Below, in pieces: positions 21,001 to 32,800 of a stretch of 64,000 bases of DNA. The DNA is from an uncultured virus (IMG/VR IMGVR_UViG_3300042363_000729). Its lineage: Duplodnaviria; Heunggongvirae; Uroviricota; Caudoviricetes. The position numbers and the translations under genes are program-made. The notes beneath the pieces are model-generated. The model was given only the letters and a program-made list of their open reading frames with translations, did no database searches and was not told where the DNA came from. Within the stretch, counting starts at the first letter, position 1, and each line of letters opens with the position of its first letter. Location of the stretch: IMG/VR virus record IMGVR_UViG_3300042363_000729, positions 1 to 64,000 of that record. The stretch is one strand, 5' to 3'.

Positions 21001-22051
21001 TGAGTTGCAGTGTGGTACCATCTGTGACTTCAAATACCTGTGCAACTTCTAGTGTGCTTACAGGATAAATTGCATTGCCAATTGTGATGTTTGCGCCGGC
21101 ACCATTGGTGTTGTTTGTTTGACGAGTCACTGTGAGCACGTTGGCAGAAACGTTGGTAATTGCCATGGTTTCGTACACGTTTGGTGTATCAGTTTGAACA
21201 ATGATATAGCTGCCGTCAAGAATACCTGCGGCGTTGGCACAGTTAACTGAGGTAGTTGCAGTGCTGGTAATGTTGGCCACAGCCAGAGTAGTACCGCCGC
21301 TGGCAGGACGGCCAATAAGGATAATGTTGTCACCAGCAGTTAATCCAGTTGTGCTGGCCACAGTAAATGTGCGTTCAGCTGAACTGCTAACGTTGGCTGT
21401 GAGATAATTGCTGACCAAAGCTGTGGTGTTGCCCACAGTTTGACTTACTAGCAAAGCAAAATCGGCAGCCACCCAAGCTGGTGTTCCAGGGTTTTGCAAG
21501 TTACATGCTGTGTCAATGTTGGATGTGATCAAATTGTCACCAGCCAACATGCTGACATAACCGTTGGTTTGGATGTTTATATCAAGACCAATGTTTTCAT
21601 AAAAGTTGGGAATTTGATTGGTTATTGCGGCATTTTGCCACTTGGTGTTTTGCAATCCATATTCAAAGTCAGCGTCAATCAAACTTTGTGGATTTGACAC
21701 ACGTTCGCGACCAATTGCGTCAAGACCAAATGCCCAGGCCTTGGTTATAAGTTCTTGGCTTTCAACATAAATTGCCAGTTTGTCTCCAGCAGCCATCAAG
21801 CTGGTATCAAATTCAAGTGTCAGAGTTGTTACACCGCCATAGGCATAGGGGAAATCTGTGGTTCCGCCTTGCCCGCTCCAGGCCACTGTACCGCCCTGTG
21901 TCTGCGCACCAAAGTTGTAGATGCTGATCTGATCGGTTGTGTTGTATACGGCCAAGAAGTCAGCAAGGTTGTAACGTCCCGGCACCTTGATGGTGCCTAG
22001 CCCTGAAGTACCAGGGCTAAAAACGTATTCGTATATTCTTTCTCGTGCCAT
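18080..22051 (-). CDS. Large multidomain virion structural protein (1323 aa)
   Basis: Thr/Gly/Ser-rich beta domains; repeated ITVTTTYAHGL/ITTDVEHGL modules; RQTKKYFRYQSGKG and YSWYGAG segments typical of large phage virion proteins. Confidence 0.65.
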   Translation of the reverse strand: MARERIYEYVFSPGTSGLGTIKVPGRYNLADFLAVYNTTDQISIYNFGAQTQGGTVAWSGQGGTTDFPYAYGGVTTLTLEFDTSLMAAGDKLAIYVESQELITKAWAFGLDAIGRERVSNPQSLIDADFEYGLQNTKWQNAAITNQIPNFYENIGLDINIQTNGYVSMLAGDNLITSNIDTACNLQNPGTPAWVAADFALLVSQTVGNTTALVSNYLTANVSSSAERTFTVASTTGLTAGDNIILIGRPASGGTTLAVANITSTATTSVNCANAAGILDGSYIIVQTDTPNVYETMAITNVSANVLTVTRQTNNTNGAGANITIGNAIYPVSTLEVAQVFEVTDGTTLQLTRGWYNIPAANAFATGTVFQRLSSNVELVNMSAINTAVNGSQTLTRGQFYTTALTGAGVGSPLIRMTGLYFASGNANIPQVAVNADAHGLIAGNYCSTFNTTNSNTEGVNFVSYANDNNFAFYPKRSPTLAAGYPLNQNDTSVRQAFAFTGADLDIASIVSDGANPSTITVTTTYAHGLNPGTPIMVNLSSGTNQEYAEGSFFVISVPSTTTFTYTAKTGAVVSGSLAGTINIRSNATFQPRPFDGGVIMSAGSPTRGASAFRQTKKYFRYQSGKGILFSSGTMLQPTFDIAALSADGTNVNSNISITTDVEHGLNPGAVVTISGVTTGGYDGSGYVVTTITSDLTFVVQAQYVLSSASPTLGQQPRVNITAWHGASIRAGIFDDQNGLFWEEDGQSLNVVQRSSTFQIAGLVSVGAGSNLVTGDGTCRFQDQLNQGDIVVIRGMTHTVTSILGQQRMTVVPPYRGVTNQTRVKMTLRLEQRIRQEDFNVDPLDGTGVSGFTIDPSKMQMLGIEYSWYGAGYVTYMVRGQFGEFIPAHKITNNNRNNEAYMRSGNLPARYEASNDTAISSLNGVLSDSDTTIYLRDATDYPGASVTYPVFCMIESEIIKYSGINYNANTLTGVTRAATFQQWAEGQSRSYTSSAAVSHADNTGVILISNTCVPVVNHWGSAVVMDGGFDEDAGYQFTFNRTNYGMPATSGNKSVPFAMRLSPSVSNSIIGNLGQRDLINRAQLALSSLIINLQVANSRFLIEGILNPANLDSYNTEWTGLNNISGGFQPSFTQFAVAPIYTASTTGGLVGSVFGSTGGFSKSGTKASRSSQASFTGITPTNVSSSGSGGILTVTLSATGTTTYSNLNTQITVTTAGTGYAVGDTLKILGTSLGGSTTTNDLNLTVVAIVSELSGGERLFAIPVSTTNSGLLDLSSVKQIGTSAIPGQGTYPDGPEVLAIQVTALSTIVNPTADIQIQFQESQA

Positions 22052-22054
22052 TTG

Positions 22055-22447
22055 TTAAACTCCAAAAATTATTTGATTAGCGGTCAGCGTCGCTTGTGTG
22101 TCGTTACTGAATTTATTGTAACTGATTGTGCCCACAGCAATTTTGCTGTCAGTTACTGTGGCATCACTGGGTGTGCCGGTAAACAGAGTATCACCAAAAA
22201 TCAATCCAAAAAACGCAGTGAGCGCGGCTGGCGGGCTAGCAAAACTGATAGTTGCTCCAGTGGTACTGAACTGCACGCCTGGGTTCAGCACTATGTAATT
22301 CAAACTTACCATCATTGAATACGATGTAGGCGGGGTAAATGCCACACCATCAATAGTGATATTAAAAGTGGAGGTTGTACCATCAAAGGTCAAGTTGTCC
22401 ATTTTTCTATACTGTCCAATCTGCGGTGTGTAACCTAAATAAGCCAT
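22055..22447 (-). CDS. Small virion/fibre-associated protein
   Basis: MAYLGYTP N-terminus similar to MSYIGLTP of 23152-26535; GTPSDATVT motif. Confidence 0.6.
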   Translation of the reverse strand: MAYLGYTPQIGQYRKMDNLTFDGTTSTFNITIDGVAFTPPTSYSMMVSLNYIVLNPGVQFSTTGATISFASPPAALTAFFGLIFGDTLFTGTPSDATVTDSKIAVGTISYNKFSNDTQATLTANQIIFGV

Positions 22448-22456
22448 TTCGTTTCC

Positions 22457-23152
22457 TTATAATTTGCCAACAACAACTTCAATTACGCCGTTGGCACCAT
22501 CAAAATCTTCCAGGGCCTTGCCCAGGATTGATCCTATTGCAGGAGTGGTACATGCCTGTGCATGACCGTTACCAGCCGAGACCATCATGTCCCCTTTGTT
22601 TACTCGGCCAGTTACCTTAGTTGGTACTCGACCAGCCAAGGCCACAATTACACCGTTTTCGTAATTTTGACCAGAATTCATTATGTGCGCTGGGTTGGTT
22701 GATACCACGCCTGCCACTTTTGCATCGCTGGATACTGCACTGATTGTTACTTCGTTGTGTCCACCAAAGCTGACCACAGTACCAGGTTCGTAGTCAGCGT
22801 CAGCATGATAATATTCTGCCAAGTCAGCGTATTGTGCGCTGGTAGATTTAGCAAATACTGTGTTAAAATATATAGATGCATTGCCAATATTGCCCACGCC
22901 GTTGCCACCGGTATTTGTTAGACCATTCACTGCTACTGAGCCACTAGTAGCAATATTGCCGCCAGTGATGTTGCCCACTACGCTGAGTGTTGTGCTGCCA
23001 GTTATAGCACCGCTACTGGCAACAGTACTAGCTGATATATCGCCACCGTTGCTGGTGGTCACAGTCCAGGCACCAAGAGCAGTGGTATAAGTGTATACCA
23101 CACCATTGACTGTTGCGGTTTGTCCGTTTGTTGGTGATACTGGAAATGCCAT
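22457..23152 (-). CDS. Short tail fibre protein with C-terminal intramolecular chaperone-like domain
   Basis: AQYADLAEYY...GVVSTNPAHIMN...VALAGRVP...GKAL. Confidence 0.7.
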   Translation of the reverse strand: MAFPVSPTNGQTATVNGVVYTYTTALGAWTVTTSNGGDISASTVASSGAITGSTTLSVVGNITGGNIATSGSVAVNGLTNTGGNGVGNIGNASIYFNTVFAKSTSAQYADLAEYYHADADYEPGTVVSFGGHNEVTISAVSSDAKVAGVVSTNPAHIMNSGQNYENGVIVALAGRVPTKVTGRVNKGDMMVSAGNGHAQACTTPAIGSILGKALEDFDGANGVIEVVVGKL

Positions 23153-26100
23153 TATGTTCGTCCCACTGCTATTTCAATTGTTGCCACTTGATCTTCAAGT
23201 AGATCGGCTAGACTTTTGCCTACCACGCAACCTAACTCTGCTTTGGCAGGATCAAATTTGCCAGCAATACCAGGTGCCACGTTAACCAATCTGTCTCCTT
23301 TGTTTACAGGACCTTGCACTCTACAAGGCACACGCCCTGCCAGAGCAACTGGTGTTCCGTTTTTCTGTCCACTATTCATCAAATAAGCAGGATCAGTAGA
23401 AACAACACCAGCTATGCGAGGGTCATGATCAATACTACTTACTGTGATTTCTTTGTTGCCGCCAAATACCACCACTGTACCTGGCTCGTAGTTGGCATCT
23501 GCTAGATAATTTTCTGCCAAGTCAGCGTACTGTGCTGTGGTTGCTTTGGCAAACACAGTGTTGAATGTTGTTGTAGCGTTACCAATGTTGCCAACACCGT
23601 TGGCACCAGAGTTAAACAAGTTGCTGACACTGATGTTGCCGCTGGTAAAGTTAAAACTTGCGGCTGTTACTGATCCTGTCACAGTCAAGTTGTTGTTGAT
23701 TGCCAGGCTAGAAAGTGTGGTTGGGAAACTCTGATCAACCCACTGGTTACCAGTACCGTCATAGATGTACAGGTATAACTTGTCTGAACTTGAATTATAC
23801 CAGTTATCACCTGGAACAGCGTTTGTAGGAGCACTAGTGGATGTGGTCCACTTGTAAACTCGTGTTCCACCTTGTATTAGGTTGCCGCCAGCAATGTTGC
23901 CTGACGCCGAGATCAATCCAGTTACATACTCACCTGTTGTAGCATACACAGCTACGTTAGCTGTACCACCAATGCCAATTGCAACGTTGCCGCCTGAGCT
24001 GACCACCCGCACATTTGATGTACCATTCTGAATACTTGTGGCATCAATGCCTGTAAGTTGGCTACCGTTACCCAGTACATATGCACCTTGAATGTTTGCA
24101 GTAGTTGTGACGTTTGCGGCACTGATTAATGAACTTATAACGTTGCCACTTAGACTTAGTCCTGCGGCATTCAAGTTGCCACCAGTAACGTTGCCTGTTG
24201 CGCTGAGTGTTGTGGCCTGAACCAAAGTAGTAATAACAGCATTACCAGCCAACACGTTGGCTGTGCCAATAGTTACGTTACCTGTGGCGCTGACCAATCC
24301 AGCTGTGTTGATATTGCCGCCGGTGATGTTGCCTGTGGCACTGATCAGTCCACCTGCACTCATTGCACCAGTAGTCACAATGTTACCACCCACAACGTTA
24401 GCAGTGGCACTGACTTGTCCAGTTGCCAGCACTGCGCCACCTGTGACGATATTGCCACCTGTGACATTGCCTACAGCACTGACTTGTGCGCCAGTTGTTA
24501 AATTGCCACCTATAATGTTGCCTGCGGCACTGAGTGCAGATCCGCTTATGTTGGCAATTCGCACCAGAGTGTTTGCTGTAAACGTTACGTTGCCGTTACC
24601 TGCGTCTGTGCCAAGCGTGATATTGGTGATAGAGTTTGCAACACCGTTGGTACCAATATTGATTGTTTTGACTCTATCGCTGGCCACCGCACCAGTAGCA
24701 ATATTTGCGGCTTGGTTGGCAGTGCTTTGACCAATAGTGATTTGGCCAGTTTGTGATGCGCCACCAATGTTGATTACACCACTTGATTGGCTTTCACCAA
24801 GACTGATTGTTTGTGTTGTACCTGAAAAAGTTACATTACCACTAGCAATAAAATCTGTACTCTGTACCAGTCTGTTCGCCAGCACGTTACCAGCCATCAC
24901 ATTGCCGGCTGCACTGACGTTGGCTGTGGAGAATATGTTACCAGCCTGTACATAGCTTGCGGTTTGAATTATGTTATTGCTGATTATATTGCTAACCACG
25001 TTGCCGCTCAGGCTAATACCCGTGGCATTTAGATAACTAATTGACAGGTTGCCTGTGGCAAACAATGCACCTGCTGTGGTAATATCTCCTGATGCACTGA
25101 TAGTACCACCAGTTGTGAGATTACCACCTACACCAGCATCAACAGTTACAATCACATTACTAGCGTTAACAACAGCGCCATAAATGTCTCCTGCGGCAGA
25201 CACAAAACCACCAGTTTTGATATTTCCGCCTGTGATGTTACCACCAGCAGTTATCACAGTAGTGGCTATTAAATTACCGCCACTGACGTTGCCTGTAGCA
25301 ATAACTCTACCACCTGTGATGACGTTGCCGCCCGAAACGTTGCCAGCACCAGTAACGTTGCCAGTAGCACTGAATTCGCCAGCTGTGCTGACGTTGCCTG
25401 CACTTAGGTTACCAGTTATAGTACCAACACCACTAACGTCTAAGTTTCCAGTTATTGCGTAACCAGTAGAACTGACCACAGCAATGGTAACACTGTTTAC
25501 GTTGCTTATAATGTTGCCATTGATACTTGGAATGGTAACTTCTGTATTGGTGTTGAAAATTCTAGTTGGATTTGAGCTGATGCCAGTGAGACCTGCTCCG
25601 TTGCCCACAAAATATGCCCCATTGACATTTCCAGTGGCGCTGAGATTTGCCAGCACCAAGTCATTGAATTTAAAACTTGGATCAGTAGTATCAACTGTGG
25701 TTCCTGGCTTGACTGTTAGGTTGCCAAAAAGTTTGTACTTGGCATCAGTAATGTCTCTAAAATAACCAGTGTATCTATTGGCTGCTCCGTCATAAAACTG
25801 TGATACAACACCAGTGTCATATGTGTCGCCAGGATTGGCGTTGGCCAAAAAGATAAACGGGTCTGTAACTTCCAAGCTATCAGTACCAGTTGTGGTAAAT
25901 GTTCCGTTAACTGTAAAGTCGCCCACGCAGGTGATATCGCCGCCAACGTTGAGGTTACCCACAATGCCAGTACCGCCACCTACTTTTAACGCACCAGTTG
26001 TTACACTTGAGCTTTCAGTGTTTCCGTAGATTACTATGTTGTTGCCAACGTTTAAGTTACCGCCAAGGCCAATACCGCCCACAGTGGTAATGCCACCAGT

Positions 26101-26535
26101 TGTGGTGTTAACTGAAACTGCGTTGGCGTTAAACAAAGCACGATTTGCACCCGAAACGGTGACTGCCAAGGTACCAGGGGCTGGCCAATACAAGCCAGTA
26201 TTGTTTGCGGCCACACTGTACACACTGGGATTGCCAATTGTGCCTGCTCCAAATACTGTGGCTGTTAAATCTAGGGTATTGAGAGCGCCGCCACGATAGG
26301 TAATTGCAACGTTTTGATCACCAAGTGGCGGTGAAGTAACAAAAATAATTGAAGTATTGCCAGCTTCGTAATCAATAAACGGCACTTGCGGTACATTGCC
26401 CACAATAACATCAACGTCGCTGGCGCTGGCCACCGCACGATTCAATGTGTATTGGGAAACAAAACCGTTTCCGCTTTCGAACTGTGTGCTGGTATTCAGC
26501 AGTTGTTCGTTGGGGGTAAGGCCGATATAACTCAT
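23152..26535 (-). CDS. Long tail fibre protein with GNxxGGN repeats and C-terminal chaperone-like domain
   Basis: Many (S/T)GNVTGGN repeats; C-terminal AQYADLAENY...VALAGRVP domain paralogous to 22457-23152. Confidence 0.75.
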   Translation of the reverse strand: MSYIGLTPNEQLLNTSTQFESGNGFVSQYTLNRAVASASDVDVIVGNVPQVPFIDYEAGNTSIIFVTSPPLGDQNVAITYRGGALNTLDLTATVFGAGTIGNPSVYSVAANNTGLYWPAPGTLAVTVSGANRALFNANAVSVNTTTGGITTVGGIGLGGNLNVGNNIVIYGNTESSSVTTGALKVGGGTGIVGNLNVGGDITCVGDFTVNGTFTTTGTDSLEVTDPFIFLANANPGDTYDTGVVSQFYDGAANRYTGYFRDITDAKYKLFGNLTVKPGTTVDTTDPSFKFNDLVLANLSATGNVNGAYFVGNGAGLTGISSNPTRIFNTNTEVTIPSINGNIISNVNSVTIAVVSSTGYAITGNLDVSGVGTITGNLSAGNVSTAGEFSATGNVTGAGNVSGGNVITGGRVIATGNVSGGNLIATTVITAGGNITGGNIKTGGFVSAAGDIYGAVVNASNVIVTVDAGVGGNLTTGGTISASGDITTAGALFATGNLSISYLNATGISLSGNVVSNIISNNIIQTASYVQAGNIFSTANVSAAGNVMAGNVLANRLVQSTDFIASGNVTFSGTTQTISLGESQSSGVINIGGASQTGQITIGQSTANQAANIATGAVASDRVKTINIGTNGVANSITNITLGTDAGNGNVTFTANTLVRIANISGSALSAAGNIIGGNLTTGAQVSAVGNVTGGNIVTGGAVLATGQVSATANVVGGNIVTTGAMSAGGLISATGNITGGNINTAGLVSATGNVTIGTANVLAGNAVITTLVQATTLSATGNVTGGNLNAAGLSLSGNVISSLISAANVTTTANIQGAYVLGNGSQLTGIDATSIQNGTSNVRVVSSGGNVAIGIGGTANVAVYATTGEYVTGLISASGNIAGGNLIQGGTRVYKWTTSTSAPTNAVPGDNWYNSSSDKLYLYIYDGTGNQWVDQSFPTTLSSLAINNNLTVTGSVTAASFNFTSGNISVSNLFNSGANGVGNIGNATTTFNTVFAKATTAQYADLAENYLADANYEPGTVVVFGGNKEITVSSIDHDPRIAGVVSTDPAYLMNSGQKNGTPVALAGRVPCRVQGPVNKGDRLVNVAPGIAGKFDPAKAELGCVVGKSLADLLEDQVATIEIAVGRT

Positions 26536-26870
26536 TATGTAATTTCCATAATACTCAGAATAGCGTCAATACTTGAAGCCGCACTGCTTTGTACGTAAAT
26601 TTTGTCGCCTGTTATCAAAACAATTTTTTGATCACCGCCAATTGGCACTAAACTTGCACCAGAGCTGATGGGAGCATTGGTCACAATTGAGGTGTTGGCA
26701 ATACTGACATCATTTATAAAAACGTTTGCAGTAATTGCACTACCAGTAAGGTTGGTAATAGTCAGCCCCACTACCACCGCAGTTGTAGAGGCTTGCACGG
26801 TGTATCCTCCAACTTGTGTTGCTGTTGTTCCTACGCCTCTGCTGAGTTTTCTTGTAAAAGTATTTGCCAT
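26535..26870 (-). CDS. Small virion protein (fibre-associated)
   Basis: 111 aa beta-rich protein between fibre genes (MANTF...KIVLITGDKIYV...SIMEIT). Confidence 0.6.
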   Translation of the reverse strand: MANTFTRKLSRGVGTTATQVGGYTVQASTTAVVVGLTITNLTGSAITANVFINDVSIANTSIVTNAPISSGASLVPIGGDQKIVLITGDKIYVQSSAASSIDAILSIMEIT

Positions 26871-26873
26871 TTT

Positions 26874-29800
26874 TTATCCTAAAGCTATTGCCAATGCAGT
26901 TGCATCCGCCACTGTGGACACTGGGTTTCCAGCAATACTTATGCCTGTTGTAGCGGCTATATTATTGGCAGAAATGTTGCCAGTTGTGGTTATTCCAGTG
27001 GTCATATTCAATGCACTCACAACGTTGCCGCTTAGACTCAAGCCCGCGGCGTTTAGATTGCCACCAGTGATGTTGCCAGTAGCACTCAATTGTCCAGCAG
27101 TGTTGACGTTTCCGCCCCAAATGTTGCCAACAACACCTGCGCCGCCTGCCACTTGAAGAGCGCCAGTAATTGTGCTTGACGCGGCTGTGGTTGCTTTGAT
27201 ATTGGCTATAGTGGTAATTTCCAATGTAGCAATATTACCAATACCTGCTGTAGTTAAGTTGCCACCAATGACATTTCCAACTATGCTGGCTAGACCAGCA
27301 GAGCGTATGTTGCCGCCAATGACGTTGGCAGTGGCGCTGATGTTTCCACTTGCGTTGATGTTGCCGCCTGTGACATTACCTGTTGCGCTTAGAGTAGCGC
27401 CTTGAATCAGTGCTACACTGATAACGTTGCCACCAGTGACATTGCCCACTGCTGATACTTGGCCAGCTGTGTTAACGTTAGCGCCTGTGATGTTGGCCAC
27501 TGCGCTAACAGCCCCTAATCCATTGATATTGCCGCCAATTATGTTGCCCACAACGCTGGCAATACCAGCTGTGTTGATGTTGCCGCCAATGATATTACCA
27601 GTTGCCACAACTTCAGCACCAGTAGTAAGATTGCCACCTGTGATGTTTGCAGTAGCAATAACAGTACCACCAGTCACAATGTTGCCACCTGATATGTTAC
27701 CAGAACTGGTTAAAATATTGCCAACTGCTACCAACTGACCAGCAGATTCAATATTTGCGGCATTGGTGCTGACAATCTTGCCACCCACTGTTAGAGCATT
27801 TGCAACATAGTCATATGTTAACCCGCTGTCAGCACTGATAGTGCCGTTTAAGTTAAACACCACTTGACTGTTTGAGCCTGGAGCACTTAGATTACCAACA
27901 ATGTTACCAATAAAGTTTGGTGCAACAATGTTGCCAACGCTACTGATTCCACCCGAACTACTAATGCCACCATTAGAAATTATGTTGCCGCCAGTGATAT
28001 TTCCAGTTGCACTGATTGTGTTTCCAGTAGTGATTGAACCCGCGGCGCTGACCAAGCCTAAAGTACGCAAGTTTCCGCCATCAATGTTACCAACCACTGA
28101 GAGCAGGCCTTGATCAATAATGTTACCACCAGTGATATTGCCCACAGCACTTATTGTACCACTGGCAAATATTGTTAGACCACTGATTGTATTTGGCGTT
28201 ATTAGATTTCCGCCTGTGACGTTGCCAATCGCTGATATAACATCAACGTCTAGTCTACCAGCTGTGACAAAGTTTGCGGCTGTGATGTTGCCTGTAGCAC
28301 TGAGTGTGGTTCCAACTGTAACCCCTGATGTAACTGTAACATTACTGCTAATAATGTTTGCCGCAGATACTATGTTGCCTGTGGCAGACATAAAGCCAGA
28401 ATTCAAAATATTTGTGCTGTTTATGTTACCAGATGCAGTCAATGTACCTGTGTTGACTGCTCCAGTTACACTCAAGTTGGTACCTTGCAACAAAGATGTG
28501 GCAATCAAGTTGCCACCAGTGATATTACCTGTGGCACTGACCAAGCCTACTGTGGTCAAATTTCCTACCAGCGCATTGCCCACAACGCTGGCAATACCAG
28601 CTGTGTTAATATTGCCGCCAATCACGTTGCCAGTTGCACTCACCACAACACCGTTGACATTGCCGCCAATTACGTTACCAGATGCACTGAGTGTGCCACC
28701 TTGCACCAAATTGGTTGCAAACACGTTATTGCCAAATACATTGCCGGTGGCACTGATAATACCGCCGGTGTTGATGTTACCACCAATTACATTGCCAACA
28801 GAGCTGACCAATCCAGATGTGTTGATGTTTCCACCAATTACGTTGGCCACAGCACTGACCGTTTGACCTTGTACCAAGCCCACCGCCAACAAATTGCCTC
28901 CAGCCACGTTGCCTGTCACGTTGAGTGGTGATACTACATTGCCACTTAGGCTCAGCCCAGTTGCGTTTAAGTTGCCACTAGTTATATTACCAACTGCACT
29001 GATATTGCCAGAAACAATATTTGCACCAGTGATCAGGTTACCACCAGTGACGTTGCCTGTAACACTTACCGAAGTGCCTTCAATGTCGCCAACAACAAAT
29101 GTTCCATAAGAGTTTACAGTGACAATTTCGTTGGCAATTGATACGTTGGCTGCCGCAAATAGTTTGCCAGTTGCGTCATTCCAACCAACAAAGGCTTGCT
29201 TTTCTGCGGTATCATAGTACCACATGTCAACACCGCGAGTTTTGCCATCATCAACTGTGAGTGGGGTGTTGTTGGCTCCACGTCCCAGAGCAATGATTGG
29301 ATCTTGTACTGCCAGGGTTTGTACGTTTACATAGGCAATATTGCCGTTGACCGTTAAGTTACCATTGACCACAGCATTGCCTGTGGCATTGAATTCACCA
29401 GTTTGCAACAAACCAGTTGTGATCAAATTACCACCAGTGATGTTTGCAGTGGCACTGACTTGACCGGCTGTGGTTAAATTTCCACCAATGACATTGGCCA
29501 CAGCACTTATTGTTTGTGTAGCTGTAATTGTTAAGGCGGCTGTAATTGTGTTGGCGCTGATGCTGTTGGCGCTGACCAGGCCAACAGTGTTGACGTTGCC
29601 GCCGCGGATGTTGCCTGTGACCAATAGCAAGCCAGTTGTATTAAGATTGCCGCCATTAACATTGGCAGTTGTAGTAACGTCGCCCAGTAATGATACCAAA
29701 TTACCAGTGTATGTGGGCAAGTAGGCCTGCACGTTGGCATTGCTGTAAGTGCTTCCAGCACTGATACCAGTTAGCAAACTACCATTACCAATATAATAGT

Positions 29801-32800
29801 TGGCGCTGATGTTGGCTGTTGTGGTAACATTGCTTGTGGAGTTGATCTCACTGAGTACGTTGCCACTCAGGCTCAAGCCTGCGGCATTCAAATTGCCACC
29901 AATGATATTACCAATTGCAGTGACCAAACCTGCTGTGGTTATGTTTCCACCAGCAACGTTTGCTGTTGCACTAAGTGTTGTGGCAGAAATAACGTTGGCG
30001 CCAGTGATGTTACCGCCTGTACCAGTTGTGCTAATGTTACCACCAGTGATATTGCCTGTGGCACTAACAATTCCGCTGGTGTTAAGGTTGCCGCCAGTGA
30101 TGTTGCTTGTTACGTTAAGAGCACTAACAACGTTACCACTCAGGCTCAATCCTGTGGCATTCAAATTGCCACCAATTATGTTTCCAGTTGCAGTTATCAA
30201 TCCTGCTGTGGTTATGTTCCCGCCCGTTACGTTACCAGTAGCACTTACAGTTACGCCTTGTACCAAGTCTGCGCTGGTTACGTTGCCGCCGCGCACATTG
30301 CCTGTAGCAAGTACGCCAGCGGTTGTGTTAACATTACCAGTTGCAGTTACTAAACCAGCGGTGCTGATATTACCACCTGTGATGTTGCCAGTGGCGCTGA
30401 TCAATCCAGTTACGTTGGCGCCAGTTCCAGCAAATGTAGCGATTGTGGTTCCAGCCACACCCACTGTGGTGTTGCCGCTGGCTGCCACACTAACGTTGGA
30501 TGTACCATTTACTAACTGTGTTGGTGTAGTAACAATACCAGTTAGCAAACTACCATTACCAATAAAGTAATTGCCGGTAACGTTACCTGTTGCTGTGATC
30601 AACCCAGCAGTTCTTAGATTTCCACCGGTGATGTTGCCAGTTGCTATGGCCTGGCCGCCAGTGATCAAGTTGCCACCAGTGACGTTGGCTATGGTTGTAA
30701 CATCACCAGCCAAGGATACCAAATTGCCAGTGTATGTGGGCAAATAGGCCTGCACGTTGGCATTGCTGTAGGTGGCTGGCAATCCAGTCAGCAGACTACC
30801 ATTGCCCAAAATGTATCCACCACTGATGTTGGCAGTGGTTGTGATGTTGGCCACAGTGTTGATAGCACTCACAACGTTGCCACTCAGACTCAGTCCAGTG
30901 GCATTCAAATTGCCACCGCCAATATTGCCAGTGACTGTTAAACTGCCCAGGGTACCCAGGCTTGTGATGTTTGTTTGAGCCGCAGTGGTCAGTGTACCCG
31001 TAATACTTGTACCCGACAAGTTGCCGCCACTGATGTTGCCAACAGCAAAGATCAATCCTGATGCAACTAAATTAGCGCCGTTAACGTTGGCCAGAGTGTT
31101 TAGGTTACCGGTTGCAACTACCCAGCCAGCAGTGTTTAGATTGCCAGCATCAACGTTGCCGCCAGCACTTACCAGTCCTGCGGTTCTTAAATTGCCACCT
31201 TGAATGTTGCCCAGCACTGTGAACAAGTTTGGTCCATCAGTGTTAAATGTCATACCAGCTACAGCGCCAGCATTGCCTTGATTGTTGTAAAGAACTTGTG
31301 TGTTTGATCCAGGAACAACCAAGTTACCTGTGATGTTACCTGCAAAGTTACCAACAAAGTAACCTGCTGTTATGATGTTGCCTGAAGAACTTACAGTTCC
31401 TGTTGTTGTTAGATTGCCGCCTGCTACGTTGCCGCTGGCACTGAGTGTTGTGGCATTGAATCCACCAGTCAATGCCAAGTTACCACCAGCAATGTTGGCT
31501 GTGGTTGTGATATTACCAGTAGCAGTTACTTGCCCAGCAGTTTGAATATTTCCACCAATTACATTGCCAGTAGAGCTGACCAGACCTACGGTGTTAACAT
31601 TACCACCGCCAATATTTCCAGTGACAGTCAATGCACCAAGAGTACCAACACTTGTGATGTTTGTTTGGGCTGCTGTTGTTAGCGTACCAGTAATGCTTGT
31701 ACCACTTAGATTGCCGCCTGTGATGTTGCCAATTGCACTAAGGTTACCAGATGCACTTACTGTACCGCCGGTTACGAAATTACCACCAGTAACGTTACCA
31801 GTCGCAACAATCAATCCACCTGTAAAGAAGTTACCACCAGTAACATTCCCAGCAACACTTATGGTATTGCCATAAGTGATTTCCTTACTGGTAGCGTTGT
31901 AGAACATGACCTGGGCCGTGTTGGCCACATCATTTCTAACAGGAGCCACTGTGAATGTGTTGGCTGTGGTTTGATCTAAAATAGCGCCAGTGGCATTCAA
32001 TATGATTGAATTGTTGGCCTGTAAATTGTTGCCGGCCTGATGACCAATAGCTACAGAAAACGTGCCTTGCCCATTAAGACCAGCGTAGGCTCCAAGAGCC
32101 ACTGCACCAGCGCCTTGGCTGGTGCTGCCAGCTCGCAATCCAGCGGCCAATGCTTGAGTGCCTTGTGAGTTTTGTCCAGCCGCGTAGCCAATCCCTATTG
32201 AATAGGCACCTTGTGAGTTTTGTCCAGCACTACCACCAAGAGCCACTGCATCAGCACCTTGATTAGCAAATCCGGCAGCATCGCCAATGGCCGTAGCATA
32301 GGTGCCTTGGGCAGTATTGCCAGCAAGTCGACCAATGGCTATAGCGTTGCCAACAGTGTTTTTAATTGTTGCACCGTTTGTGAGTGTGATCACGCCAGTA
32401 TTGACATTACCACCTGTGATGTTGCCTGTGGTCACTATTGTGTTTGACCCAAATGCGGCCAAGAATGTGGCCACTTGTGCATTGCCGTAAGTGGCCGGTA
32501 ATCCTGTAAGTTGGCTACCATTACCAATAAAATATGCGCCACTAATATTGGCTGTGGTAATGATGTTTGCGGTTTCTGTGCCGCTGGCCAAATAAGTTGA
32601 AACATCAGCATTGCCGTAAGTGGCTGGCAAGCCGGTAAGCTGGCTACCATTACCAATAAAATACTGACCAGCAATGTTACCTGCGGCAGAAACGTTGGCA
32701 GATGCGTTGATGTTTACTGCTACTGCATTGCCTGTGGCGCTGATTGTGGTACCTTGTACCAAGGCAGAACTAATGACATTGCCACCAGTTACATTGCCAG

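Noticed and set aside
22457..23620. Possible diversity-generating retroelement template/variable repeat pair in the duplicated fibre C-termini
   Set aside because: No reverse transcriptase in the window, both copies are coding, and differences are not adenine-specific.
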